A stretch of 64,000 nt of DNA, taken from the IMG/VR virus record IMGVR_UViG_3300026097_000009, positions 90,862-154,861 of that record; one strand, given 5' to 3'. Below, one piece after another: positions 22,801-29,367 of the stretch. The DNA comes from a virus. Below the pieces are notes generated by a model. The model saw only the letters and a list, made by a program, of their open reading frames with translations. It was not told the DNA's origin and did no database searches. The translations under genes and the position numbers were made by a program. Position 1 is the first letter of the stretch, and each line of letters opens with the position of its first letter.

Positions 22801-24787
22801 AACAGATGGAGCCGCACCTGTATTATCGAAAATTTATGTTGCCGACGGAACTTCTTCGACGTATTTTATAGGACAACCAATTTTAGAAAACAGTTCTATT
22901 AAAGTTTACTTAAACAAAGTAGAACAAGATGTAACTTCGGATTTTGAAATTGATTATGTAGATAATTCGATAAGTTTTGTAACAACACCTACTCAAAACG
23001 ACAAGATTGAAATTTTCAGTATAGGAATCGGCGGTGTTGGAATAATAGATTATCAGGAATTTATCGGCGACGGCGAAACTGATCAATTTCTAACCAAAGC
23101 TCGATTTGATAGCACATCTCAAATTTTTGTAACAGTAGATGGAGATCCGGTTACCGGAACTTTCGAAGAAAGCAGTATCACAACCGATACCCAAGGAAAA
23201 ACATTGGTTAAGTTAACAGTAACTCCTGGTTTTAGAAATGTTGTAAAAATCATATGTTTAGAAAGCAATATAGGAGAATTAGAAGGTGTAGTAAGAGTTA
23301 ATGAGCAACAATTTATATATGACGGCTCGACAAGAAATTATCCCGTAGATAATTTTGTAACTTATGAAGGAATAAATGCAACTTCTAGTGTATTGGTTAC
23401 TAAAAATGGTGCAGAATTAACAGCAGTTGATACAATTGTAGAAATTTATGACGGAACTAACGACGAAATAGAATTAGGTATTGATCCTGTAGAATTAATT
23501 GGTTCGATAACATCTGGTAACATTAAAGTTTATGTTAACGATGAATTAAAAGAGTTTGTTATTGATTATGTGTTTGACGGTAATCGTAATGTAATAACTT
23601 TAGGCGAAGGCACAGCCAGCATAGGAGACAGAATAAAGATCGAAACTAATGTAAGAGCTGACTATGCAATGATCACTTCGTTTGACAGTGCTACTGACGG
23701 AGTATTACAGTTATCTGAAGACTTATCGATAAATCCGGGAGACACAATCGAGATAACATGGTTTGAACAATATCCTTCGATGGATATAATTTCCGATCAA
23801 TATACTGGCGGACAACTAAAATATAAATTGTCTAGACAACCAGTTAGTGTAAATTTTGTTAAGGTGTTCTTAAATGGAGTTAGACTAATACAAGATTTCG
23901 ATTATTATATCGACGAACCTGGATTAAATGTTTATCTTAAAGATTTAACCACTACCTCTGATGATTCGATCAAGATAGTCCAGTTTGGTACTTTGTCTTA
24001 TTCTAGTCCAAGTATCTACGAAATACACAAAGATATGTTGAATCAATATCAATTTACTAGAATTTCTATCTCTTCTGATATAAAATTAGATAGAAATTTA
24101 AATTATTATGATACTGAAATAGTAGTATCAGATACTTCTACTTTATTTGAACCTATTAGAGAACTTAACCGTCCCGGTGTTCTTTTAATAGGTAAAGAAA
24201 GAATTGAATATTTTGTAAAGACTGGAAATGTTCTTAGCCAATTAAGAAGAGGCACTAAAGGAACCAGCGTCGGCGAGGTATATCCTGAGGGATCAGATGT
24301 AGTTGATGTCAGTCCGTCAGAAGAAATTCCTTACAACGAAACAATTATAAAAGAAGATTTTGTCAGCGATGGAAGCACAACTTTAATAGGACCGTTGAGC
24401 TTTACGCCGTCTAAAACAACTATTACAGGCTGGTACAGAGATACTATACCTACGGATTATGGTCAATGTGATGATGTAGAAGTGTTTGTTGCCGGTACTA
24501 GATTAAGAAAGCAACCGGTTAGTTATTATAGTGAATCTTTAGGAGATTTAGGTAATGCAGATGCAGAGCAGACTTTAGAAGCAGAATTTTCAACCAATGG
24601 CGAAAATGCATACATTAGACTTACCGAAGCACCGCCAGCCGGCACAAGAATATTTGTAATTAAGAAGCAAGGATATACTTGGTATGACAGGGGATTAACT
24701 ACCGCATCTGCTGGTATATCACTACTACAGAACGAAACTGACATTGCAAAATTCTTAAGACAAAAATCTAGTGAATTACCCGAATAA
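10835..24787 (+). CDS. Giant (4650 aa) virion structural protein, probably a gp7-like wedge fused to adhesion domains
   Basis: Follows gp6 with a TAATG overlap. Contains FG-GAP-like blades, CBM5/12-like Trp/Tyr modules, GxGY(T)xxP repeats and DGS/DGT-initiated beta modules. Confidence 0.75.
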   Translation: MAVKKYPESNLPIRQTSDLLPSIFKTEQNEKFLNGTLDALVQPGVLNKITGYVGRRYGKTFNGNDVYSGNDETLRSRYQLETGVTVEENQEVKQFYDYLDFKNILNFFGNNTDIDSVTTDAKHYSWNPPIDWDKFINYRQYYWIPEGPPDVNISGQSQSIVSTYKVRTSDPQNWLITPDGLTPNPTLELYRGQTYKFDINSPDNPFVIRTNYDTGSLLFDSNKAYDLGQLALYSNVLYRATESIPILQGVFNPEQWEIVDAQEQETVLDYNDGVVNNNIESGTVTFTVPLDSPDILYYQSSTEPDRLGQFVIKDIEENSFVDVEKEIIGKETYTSGNGIELTNGLVISFIGQVTPLSYSSGKYLVEGVGDGIRLIQFDDLVVPPTVSSSNLDVIFDNEGFDTQPFDNASTYPGEKDYITINKSSIDRNPWSRYNRWFHKDVLEFAFAQNDSSFSANEDSRAKRPIIEFQPDLQLTNHGGTAKDTVDLIDTFTTDVFSIIEGSQGYNIDNISLYAGARILFTADTDSLVKNKIYEVQFIDHNGTNIIHLAETEDTLPQDNDCVIIRYGQANGGKMFHYANETWIESQSKTEVNQSPLFELFDESGNQFSDITIYDTTTFVGTPIVSYKEGTGNNDAELGFPISYLNISNVGDIEFDYDLDVGSFDYIDNQVLVSKQYSTGYLKFNNEKSYDNCWTVSDNTFHSPIVDSVVISESTTELTLTTVNFKEVTDEQIHLYVNDLKVENYQRSVNTFVFDTALKENDVLTIKIFADVEPVDGYFEIPKGLEQNPLNGDIQEFTLGTAIDHVATAVEFNSSLISTADNSVNKVIGNNNLRDLSGYIQNATRFMKHDGINALALYLLCDKENNVIKSLEYAKSQYRVFKSDFIKNITEEEIFDNPSESVDNIMKKMTDNKTNQSAFKYTDMIGFGAYTSIQLTVDDTEIKTFSLSDNFDLDTSSNKAVYVYLNNVQLFHGYDYEFNSDFGFVTLDVELSEGDIIEIREYLSTVSGFIPATPTKLGLYKKFKPEIFIDDTFVEPKKMIQGHDGSLFAAFDDYRDDIILELEKRIYNNIKISYNENLLDIDSLLSSYYGNGDFEKETFDSIIGKQFLKWISNSTLDYTQNEYLDTENSFTYTYSNMLDPTRSINLPGYWRGVYRWFFDTDRPHTRPWEMLGFSEEPSWWQTEYGPAPYTKGNLVLWEDIENGIIRQGSRAGTYDKYKRPGLTNYIPVDHSGNLQSPLNAGIAKNFVLVNNQGAFKFGDVGPVESSWRYSSDYPFSVIIGLSLLQPFKIISQNLDKVGFTTNLLGQTVDVDTFKFKNVDQINVPTATNITGGIINYVTDYILSQGRTSESLQNVFENFNVRLSHRLSGFVDQDKLNFVLDSKNPRSASESVFLPAENYQLFFNESAPIETLEYSGVIVEKVSTGFKINGYNQNKPYFNYIKPVESKGDPVFEVGGISESFVDWTPEQFYANGTLARFNNRYYRSKQSHTSGTDFDSSLWSALPKLPIEGGVEAFRRRTFSNKIIEVPYGTIFTDIQSVVDFLLGYQKHLESKGFVFDSYDTELKVNRDWLTSAKEFMFWSTHEWATGSLISLSPMSLQVSIRYPVGVSEDIFDSFYDFNIFKSDGTPLKTNEIDVKRSFQTLEVTSKLSNDGIYFLAVNYVLKEHVALFDDRTVFNDVVYEKTSGYRQQRIKVRGFKTADWDGDYTSPGFIFDNVDINDWQPFIDYKLGDIVSYREFFYTSLMNQSGSAEFIESNWTKLDLVPKKELIPNYDYKINQFEDYFNLDSDAVVGSQRELAQHTFGYQPRNYLSNIIQDEVTQFKIYQGYIREKGSLNSISKVFDKISRIDGNSIDVKEEWAFKTNTFGGVNTLTETEFRLPYESFDLSPQPIIIQESDNIEQSNDQYTRITPKEFTINKSPFTKNIFSKKLFNGDSRNAGYVSTLDVDYIVRDIPELLSLDISDISENQNIWITFEDASWNVYRFNRSEILTVENAEVIDNNVEITFNRAHNFSVNDIIGFKQIPGINGLHKVTFAGLKTLRFEITPPLEISFDSSTVIRIYQLTSARYSGYDRISDESISVLNTGSKVWIDENENQKWEVLEKAQLYQDKSIVDYGVSLPVKTGYNVLYLENLKQSVVSIPGSNIVSVLVETANGLAAKQVLQPPTGFNFIDQSFGYGLGVSPDEKYLVIGAPLISDIPTPYKGKYSPSATYASNSIVEHDGKLWRALVGITGADGSTINIYSGDWTEATNIRVDTDETGSGLTSQGLVLVYERSNNRWEFHSSFVSPRPNDNERFGETISISKNGSSYQLAVGAPGALRNRGRIYFFDLVANEWKIQQNVNYRGLYSSDVDTFYPAGSIVYYNNNLWRTSVDVYSDGSTITVENEEWQLIDPVSTHCSLPTNISLPFDGSTIDDSTSKIGILSSEQIAELTKEGDQFGRSFALTSTGNVLVVGAPFSDEKFFQNYRGSWQPFVEYLEGDVVRYQGSYHILTDPSGNDSAITSNNERPDDGLPWENIGDSSRLFIGKVFVYVKNEFGFYDLKQTISSENFDNGPFYVYGTNDDIKGHYYPLYTNESLANSIGETSQAFTFTEYPGVTFYMPSTDINLYKKEQPQNLRNYDDKEVVDLGDQFGYRVDVDGSGSTIVVSSPLSDIELQDQGAVYVFKTDNLVSPHYQLLQKLTSYENYVSEFFGSDVSISKNNEKIVVGAKNSPFVKPTSFDLESGTSFDSGTTNFIFDLGYPGQAYVFERKPERYFLAEKLQSENFQDDESFGSSVDCSSDKVLVGSPDFIVGNSAFGNARLFSNAGLKSISTIGIQTELTDPFEIQNISLFDNFTNTKTGDIEIVDSYKFKFLSLVEQELSFKTMYDPAIYTAGNNETTVQQNQAWFEKNVGKLWLDLSTVKWLNYEQEDVGYRISNWNRTAYGSSVDVYEWVETKLLPSEWAAIADTTEGLSAGISGQPLYADDTVYSQKILYNIETGQTSETLYYYWVKDKKITPNLTTRSISSFDVKTYIENPAAAQIPFVALIDEDKFILYNYETVLRNNETYINFLNKDSEIVNPVHKEYQLLTEGNIEKELSEDLELKWIDSLIGYDLNANKVPDPNLPERQKYGIGFRPRQGMFVDNREALKIVVNRINLILSSQPYVETLDLTDFFDSQEIPNSTLNLYDTSVENFADLDNVGAIRLTSASLQANIVNGEIDTVDIINPGFGYRVPPTVEVIGNGENAEITTVINSIGQVTAVNVVNAGRKYTTVDLKIRAFSVLVESDETSNNFWSVYEYDENRNTFYRSITQDYDVSRYWDYVNWWQDGYGPDSKVSFEIENFSLIPTLNLTSGNLIRIKEYGTGGWVVLEKNESNTGDIGTDFNIVGRQDGTISLKSSLYDDTAFGLGFDSIDSFDTTKYDKEPYLETRKLLYAIKNNIFVNELATEWNKLFFASIKYAFTEQEYVDWAFKTSFVNVKHTVGDLDQPTNYRPDGLDSYLSYLEEVKPFRTSIREFISSYNEIEDTPTITTDFDLPPYYNTNAGKVLSVNQYDSNLQNYPWKYWSDNQGYAITEIEIANAGSGYTNPPSVVITGTGSGASARAFIRNGSVSRIQIINKGYGYTSNTVVSLVGGNGSNPDNAKAVPILGDNLIRNIDTKIKFDRISKNPLYSTLTKEESFIATGNTSVFTLSYAPTRNKNDIVVYRNNQILLNSDYSITLFTQYNNQYTQLKGRLTLTEVPDANDVITVMYNINNELLDSVARINKFYSPLAGMKGKELNQLMTGIDFGGVQIQGNTFDVTGGWDALPWFTDNWDSVESNTDFYVVADGSTTSVTLPYTPESGEIITVYLKRSGSDLVQTIDDLQYSDVPDEPKTVRIDDPYFDQYDGTTVQPNGRTTAPDSALMPSFIGDGSTKTVEIGSYVRTYENDILVFRKLESDGTVTIEDENIVDTNLSGGNLNFAGGAYSTANGTTAEEIVIEGGKFISPEQSTGPEENLPGQVLESLSFKVFTKKTDGAAPVLSKIYVADGTSSTYFIGQPILENSSIKVYLNKVEQDVTSDFEIDYVDNSISFVTTPTQNDKIEIFSIGIGGVGIIDYQEFIGDGETDQFLTKARFDSTSQIFVTVDGDPVTGTFEESSITTDTQGKTLVKLTVTPGFRNVVKIICLESNIGELEGVVRVNEQQFIYDGSTRNYPVDNFVTYEGINATSSVLVTKNGAELTAVDTIVEIYDGTNDEIELGIDPVELIGSITSGNIKVYVNDELKEFVIDYVFDGNRNVITLGEGTASIGDRIKIETNVRADYAMITSFDSATDGVLQLSEDLSINPGDTIEITWFEQYPSMDIISDQYTGGQLKYKLSRQPVSVNFVKVFLNGVRLIQDFDYYIDEPGLNVYLKDLTTTSDDSIKIVQFGTLSYSSPSIYEIHKDMLNQYQFTRISISSDIKLDRNLNYYDTEIVVSDTSTLFEPIRELNRPGVLLIGKERIEYFVKTGNVLSQLRRGTKGTSVGEVYPEGSDVVDVSPSEEIPYNETIIKEDFVSDGSTTLIGPLSFTPSKTTITGWYRDTIPTDYGQCDDVEVFVAGTRLRKQPVSYYSESLGDLGNADAEQTLEAEFSTNGENAYIRLTEAPPAGTRIFVIKKQGYTWYDRGLTTASAGISLLQNETDIAKFLRQKSSELPE
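17190..19235 (+). repeat. FG-GAP-like beta-propeller repeats (about 7 blades) inside the giant protein
   Basis: FGYGLGV..LVIGAP, FGETISI..LAVGAPG, FGRSFAL..LVVGAP, FGYRVDV..IVVSSP, FGSDVSI..IVVGA, FGSSVDC..VLVGSP, plus a degenerate TGYNVLY..VVSIPG. Confidence 0.8.
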
Positions 24788-24794
24788 ATAGCTT

Positions 24795-25445
24795 ATGAAG
24801 AAGAAAAAATCTCAGCAACAAGAAGATAAAAAAATGAAAAAACCTGATGAAGTTACTGGCTGGAAGTTCGATGGCCATATTAAAATTTTTGATCCGGAGA
24901 CTGATAAAGTTTATGTAGATCAACGAAATGCGATTCATTATGAAAATATGAGTATTGCAATTGTGAATTCTTTGTCAAATCAAAATCTTGGTTACATTTA
25001 TCAGATGGATTTTGGTAACGGCGGAACCAATGTTGATCCTACCGGCTTAATTGCATATTTGACTCCTAATACTGTAGGTACAAATTCTAGTTTATACAAC
25101 AAGACATACAGTAAAATAGTGGATCAAAATGCTACCGTAAACGAAGACCCAATTAGAAATAAAATGGAAATTCGTCATATTGCTGGTGCAACCTATAGCG
25201 ATATTATTGTAAGTTGTACTTTAGATTATGGCGAACCGGACGGACAAGAAGCATTTGATAATAGTCAGGATTTAAATGGTGAATTTGTCTTTGATGAGTT
25301 AGGATTAAGATCCTACTCTCCATCAGGAACCGGAAAATTGTTAACACACGTTATTTTTCATCCTGTACAAAAATCATTAAACAGATTGCTCCAAATTGAT
25401 TATACAATTAGAGTACAAAGCTTAACAGGCTTCAGCGAGGAATAA
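24795..25445 (+). CDS. Baseplate / tail-fibre attachment structural protein
   Basis: FGNGG...TLDYGEP...FDELGL...LLTHVIFHPVQKS...IDYTIR pattern; lies between the wedge and fibre genes with TAAATA at 24785-24790. Confidence 0.55.
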   Translation: MKKKKSQQQEDKKMKKPDEVTGWKFDGHIKIFDPETDKVYVDQRNAIHYENMSIAIVNSLSNQNLGYIYQMDFGNGGTNVDPTGLIAYLTPNTVGTNSSLYNKTYSKIVDQNATVNEDPIRNKMEIRHIAGATYSDIIVSCTLDYGEPDGQEAFDNSQDLNGEFVFDELGLRSYSPSGTGKLLTHVIFHPVQKSLNRLLQIDYTIRVQSLTGFSEE

Positions 25446-25446
25446 T

Positions 25447-27531
25447 ATGCCGTATCAGGTTAATTTTACAGACAGAGAAAATAAAGTACCGATTACTGTT
25501 TTCGACAATACTTCAAATGAAGACACCAGCTTAACCATACCGGGAAGAAATGTCACCGGCTACGGTCAAATAATTGCTGAAAATTTTGTTTCTTTATTAG
25601 AAAATTTTGCAAGTGAAACTGCACCAGCTAACCCTATTGAAGGACAGTTGTGGTACGACGTAAGCAATAACACTCTTCAAATTTACGATAGTACTAATTG
25701 GAAAGCAGCCAGTAGCATACAAAAAAGCATAACCGAACCGAGTGTAGAAACTGCTAATGTAGGTGAACTTTGGGTTGACACTATTAATCAACAACTTTAT
25801 ATTTTCAGCGGAACACGCTGGATTTTGGTAGGCCCTAACTTTAGCTCGGGATTAAGAAGTGGACCTATTGTAGAACAAATTGTTGACAGTGACAACTTAG
25901 ACAGAATTATATTAACATTCTATATCGACGATAATCCTATATTCATTGTTAGTAAAGATACATTTACACCTAAAACAAGTATTGCAGGATTTACTACTAT
26001 CAGTAGTGGATTAAATATTACCGATTCAAATGTCGATGTTGCAGGATTGGATGCTATCTTAAACAGTAGAGCCCAGTCGGCAGATGCATTAAACATCTCA
26101 GGCACTGAAGTTCCTGCTACAAGATTTTTAAGATCAGATGTTGTTAATACTTTAGAACAAGGTCTTAATATTAGAAATAATTCTGGTATTACTTTAGGAG
26201 CAGACGGTAATGTCTCTCTATCCAACACAGCGGCGGGTGTAAGGTTATATAATAACTCTCCAGGCAGCAGTATTGATTTACAAACTAATAGAGATGGTAC
26301 ACCATCGACTGTTTTGCGTGTTCAAAATCAAAATATAGGTATTAACAAACAAGATCCGGACTTTGCGTTAGATGTTGTAGGTGATATTGCTTTGACTGGA
26401 GAACTAACAGTTTCTAATACAACAGAATCTACAAATTTCTCTAACGGATCTATTCAGACAGCCGGCGGCGTAGCTGTATCTAAGAATTTGTTAGTAGGAA
26501 CAACTGGTGACATCCAAGGAACTTTAACAACATCTAATGTTGAGCCTAGAGTCACAGAAACTTATGATTCTGGGACTGCAACAAAGCGATGGAATACAGT
26601 AAGAGCAAAAACAATTATAGCAGACGAGTTACAAGGTGTGTTATCCGGTAATATTGTAGGTAACGCCAGCACCGCTACCAACTTACGATTTGCAACTTCT
26701 TTTCAGCTTTCGGGCGATGTAACTTCGCAAAGCGTACAGTTCGACGGACAAGTAGGCGGACTTACTAAAATTTTTAATACAACTCTTACAACAGACATTA
26801 TTAGTGGAAAGTCCGAACCTACCGGTGTATATGGGTTACGATCAGTAAAAGATGACTTTGTTTTAGTATTTAGAGCAGGATCCGGACTTTTAAAAGTCAA
26901 AAGAGATAATTTTATAGCCGATCTGGGAGTTCCAATCGGAACAATACTTCCTTTTGCAGGTGCGAATGCCCCATACGGATATCTTTTATGCGATGGTAGT
27001 GAAGTAGAAAGATTGAAGTATCAGAATTTGTATGATGTTATTTCAACAACTTATGGAACTCCAGCAGTCGGATTCGATACATTTGTTCTTCCGGATTTAA
27101 GAGGAAGATTCCCTCTAGGTAGAGATAATATGGATAACGGTGAGATTGTGCCTGATGATTCCGGAGCATTTGTAGACGCTGGCGGCGGAAATGCTGACAG
27201 GGTTGCTGGTACAGCGGCAGATAATCTCGGCGGCTCCGGCGGACAAAGCACTAACACATTAAGTGTAACTAACTTGCCAGATCACGAACATAACATGCAA
27301 GGTAGTACCGGCGAACAATATTATGCAGTTCGACCAGATACTGCTAACCCGTTAGATGACGGAGCATCATTAAGAGTAGGTCCTACTGTTGCAGGACAAA
27401 TGCAATATCTTCCAAGTTCCGGAGGTGTAAAAACCGCAGATATTTTAGGAGATGCTTTTGCGTTAATGAATCCATATCTGACTATTAATTACATTATAAG
27501 ATCTGGACCACCAGCTGAGGATTATATCTAA
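25447..27531 (+). CDS. Tail fibre protein with C-terminal phage tail-collar domain
   Basis: Shared N-terminal attachment domain (GYGQIIAENFVSLLENFA..GQLWYD) and collar motif PIGTILPFAG..GYLLCDG..FVLPDLRGRFPLG. Confidence 0.85.
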   Translation: MPYQVNFTDRENKVPITVFDNTSNEDTSLTIPGRNVTGYGQIIAENFVSLLENFASETAPANPIEGQLWYDVSNNTLQIYDSTNWKAASSIQKSITEPSVETANVGELWVDTINQQLYIFSGTRWILVGPNFSSGLRSGPIVEQIVDSDNLDRIILTFYIDDNPIFIVSKDTFTPKTSIAGFTTISSGLNITDSNVDVAGLDAILNSRAQSADALNISGTEVPATRFLRSDVVNTLEQGLNIRNNSGITLGADGNVSLSNTAAGVRLYNNSPGSSIDLQTNRDGTPSTVLRVQNQNIGINKQDPDFALDVVGDIALTGELTVSNTTESTNFSNGSIQTAGGVAVSKNLLVGTTGDIQGTLTTSNVEPRVTETYDSGTATKRWNTVRAKTIIADELQGVLSGNIVGNASTATNLRFATSFQLSGDVTSQSVQFDGQVGGLTKIFNTTLTTDIISGKSEPTGVYGLRSVKDDFVLVFRAGSGLLKVKRDNFIADLGVPIGTILPFAGANAPYGYLLCDGSEVERLKYQNLYDVISTTYGTPAVGFDTFVLPDLRGRFPLGRDNMDNGEIVPDDSGAFVDAGGGNADRVAGTAADNLGGSGGQSTNTLSVTNLPDHEHNMQGSTGEQYYAVRPDTANPLDDGASLRVGPTVAGQMQYLPSSGGVKTADILGDAFALMNPYLTINYIIRSGPPAEDYI

Positions 27532-27532
27532 T

Positions 27533-29359
27533 ATGGCATACACAATTAATAAATCAGACGGAACAATATTAGCTTCGGTCCCTGATGGACAGTTAGATCA
27601 GTTTTCGACTGATTTAGCATTAATAGGAAAGAATTATAGCGGTTTCGGCGAAGTTTTCAATGAAAATTTAGTTAAACTTCTTGAAAATTTTGCAGATAGT
27701 TCTGCACCTGATAATCCTATTTCAGGACAATTATGGTTTGATACAACAGAACTCAAATTAAAAGTTTATAGCGGAACAGGATTTGTACCGGTTAGTTCCG
27801 CTACAATTTCAGAATCTCAACCCTCTGATTTAGGAGCTGGCGATTTATGGTTTAATAACGTTGATAGTCAACTGTACTTTTTTGATGGAACAAACATTAT
27901 TCTTTTAGGACCTGATTACAGCTCTAGCCAAGGAATATCGGGATTAAAAGTTGAAAATATCTTAGATACCTTGAATCAAAACAGAGTTGTAACTTTTTTA
28001 TATAATAATGGAATATTATTAGGTATCTTTTCAAAAGACACATTTACACCTAAAAATCCTATTGCTGGGTTCAGTGGAAGCATTATTCCTGGCTTCAACG
28101 CAGGAACATTAGATGGACTAAAGTTTGATGTTACTGTTACTAATTCGGAACAGTTAGGATCACAACCCGCAAGCTCTTATGTAAGAAACGATACTTCTAA
28201 TATTGTTAACGGACAATTAATTCTTGCATCGAATTTAGGACTAATTATAGGTGACGGCTCTCAAGCTCAGGTGTTTGTTAGTGATGGTAATATTTTCTTT
28301 GCAAACATTGCTCGAGAAAAAGATATAAGTTTCAATGTAAGAAAAGCAGTAGAATCAGAATCCGCCATAAAAATAAGTTCTGCAACACGCCAGGTTAGTA
28401 TATACGAAGATTTTACAGATAGCAAACTATTTACAGGCGGAGATGTAGAAATCACCGGCGATGTTACCATTAAAGGTAATCTAGTAATTAATGACGGGGA
28501 TGTTGCCCAAATTAAAACTTCAGAATTGTTGGTAGAAAATAAAGCAATTATATTAGCAGAAACTGGAGATAGTGCGTCGAACACAGATGAATATGCCGAC
28601 GGCGGCGGGATGATTTTAAAAGGAGCAAGCCCCCACGAATTTTTATGGAATAGAAATACTGAGGCATGGGAAAGTACTGAACATATTAATCTTGCTACAG
28701 GCAAAGCAATTAAAGTCAACGGAGTTACTGTAATTGACGGTTCTAGTTTAGGACCAGGTATTACCAGCATTCCGGGTGTAACCAGTTTTGGTACGCAGAC
28801 TACTGTGTCAGTAGGACCTATTTTATCTCCAGGAAATCCTCCAACAACTTATTTGCAAATACAATCTAATAGAATTTCAACGGTTACTGATAACTTAGAT
28901 TTAGAATTAGATCCTAACGGAACTGGAAATATTGCATTAATTGACAGTCCGAAGATTACAGGGTTAGCAGATCCGACATCTGATCAGGACGCTTCAACTA
29001 AAAAGTATGTAGACGATACTGTTGAAAGCAGGCCTTTGGCATTTAGTTTAGATATCTCTGATGGTTTACCAAACTCCGGTATTGCGGCAATACTTGAAGA
29101 CATTGCTCCTGTTGCTGATTATGCAGAAGGAACATATGCAAGGGTTCTTTGCAGTTCTGCATCCAACAGTCCTAACACAGTTGATGTTCAAAGTAATGTT
29201 AGTGTTAACCAAACAGAGGTAAACACTCCAACAGGAACAGCATTTGTTGTAGGTAATTTTGCAATATCTGATGTGACAGTTCCTGGACAGGCAATATCTA
29301 TTACCAGGGTAACAAAAATATTTAGAATTGTTTCTGGAGCATGGACGTTTATTTCGTAG
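27533..29359 (+). CDS. Tail fibre protein (paralog 2)
   Basis: Same N-terminal domain (GKNYSGFGEVFNENLVKLLENFA..GQLWFD); ITGLADPTSDQDASTKKYVD fibre motif. Confidence 0.8.
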   Translation: MAYTINKSDGTILASVPDGQLDQFSTDLALIGKNYSGFGEVFNENLVKLLENFADSSAPDNPISGQLWFDTTELKLKVYSGTGFVPVSSATISESQPSDLGAGDLWFNNVDSQLYFFDGTNIILLGPDYSSSQGISGLKVENILDTLNQNRVVTFLYNNGILLGIFSKDTFTPKNPIAGFSGSIIPGFNAGTLDGLKFDVTVTNSEQLGSQPASSYVRNDTSNIVNGQLILASNLGLIIGDGSQAQVFVSDGNIFFANIAREKDISFNVRKAVESESAIKISSATRQVSIYEDFTDSKLFTGGDVEITGDVTIKGNLVINDGDVAQIKTSELLVENKAIILAETGDSASNTDEYADGGGMILKGASPHEFLWNRNTEAWESTEHINLATGKAIKVNGVTVIDGSSLGPGITSIPGVTSFGTQTTVSVGPILSPGNPPTTYLQIQSNRISTVTDNLDLELDPNGTGNIALIDSPKITGLADPTSDQDASTKKYVDDTVESRPLAFSLDISDGLPNSGIAAILEDIAPVADYAEGTYARVLCSSASNSPNTVDVQSNVSVNQTEVNTPTGTAFVVGNFAISDVTVPGQAISITRVTKIFRIVSGAWTFIS

Positions 29360-29367
29360 GATAAAAC

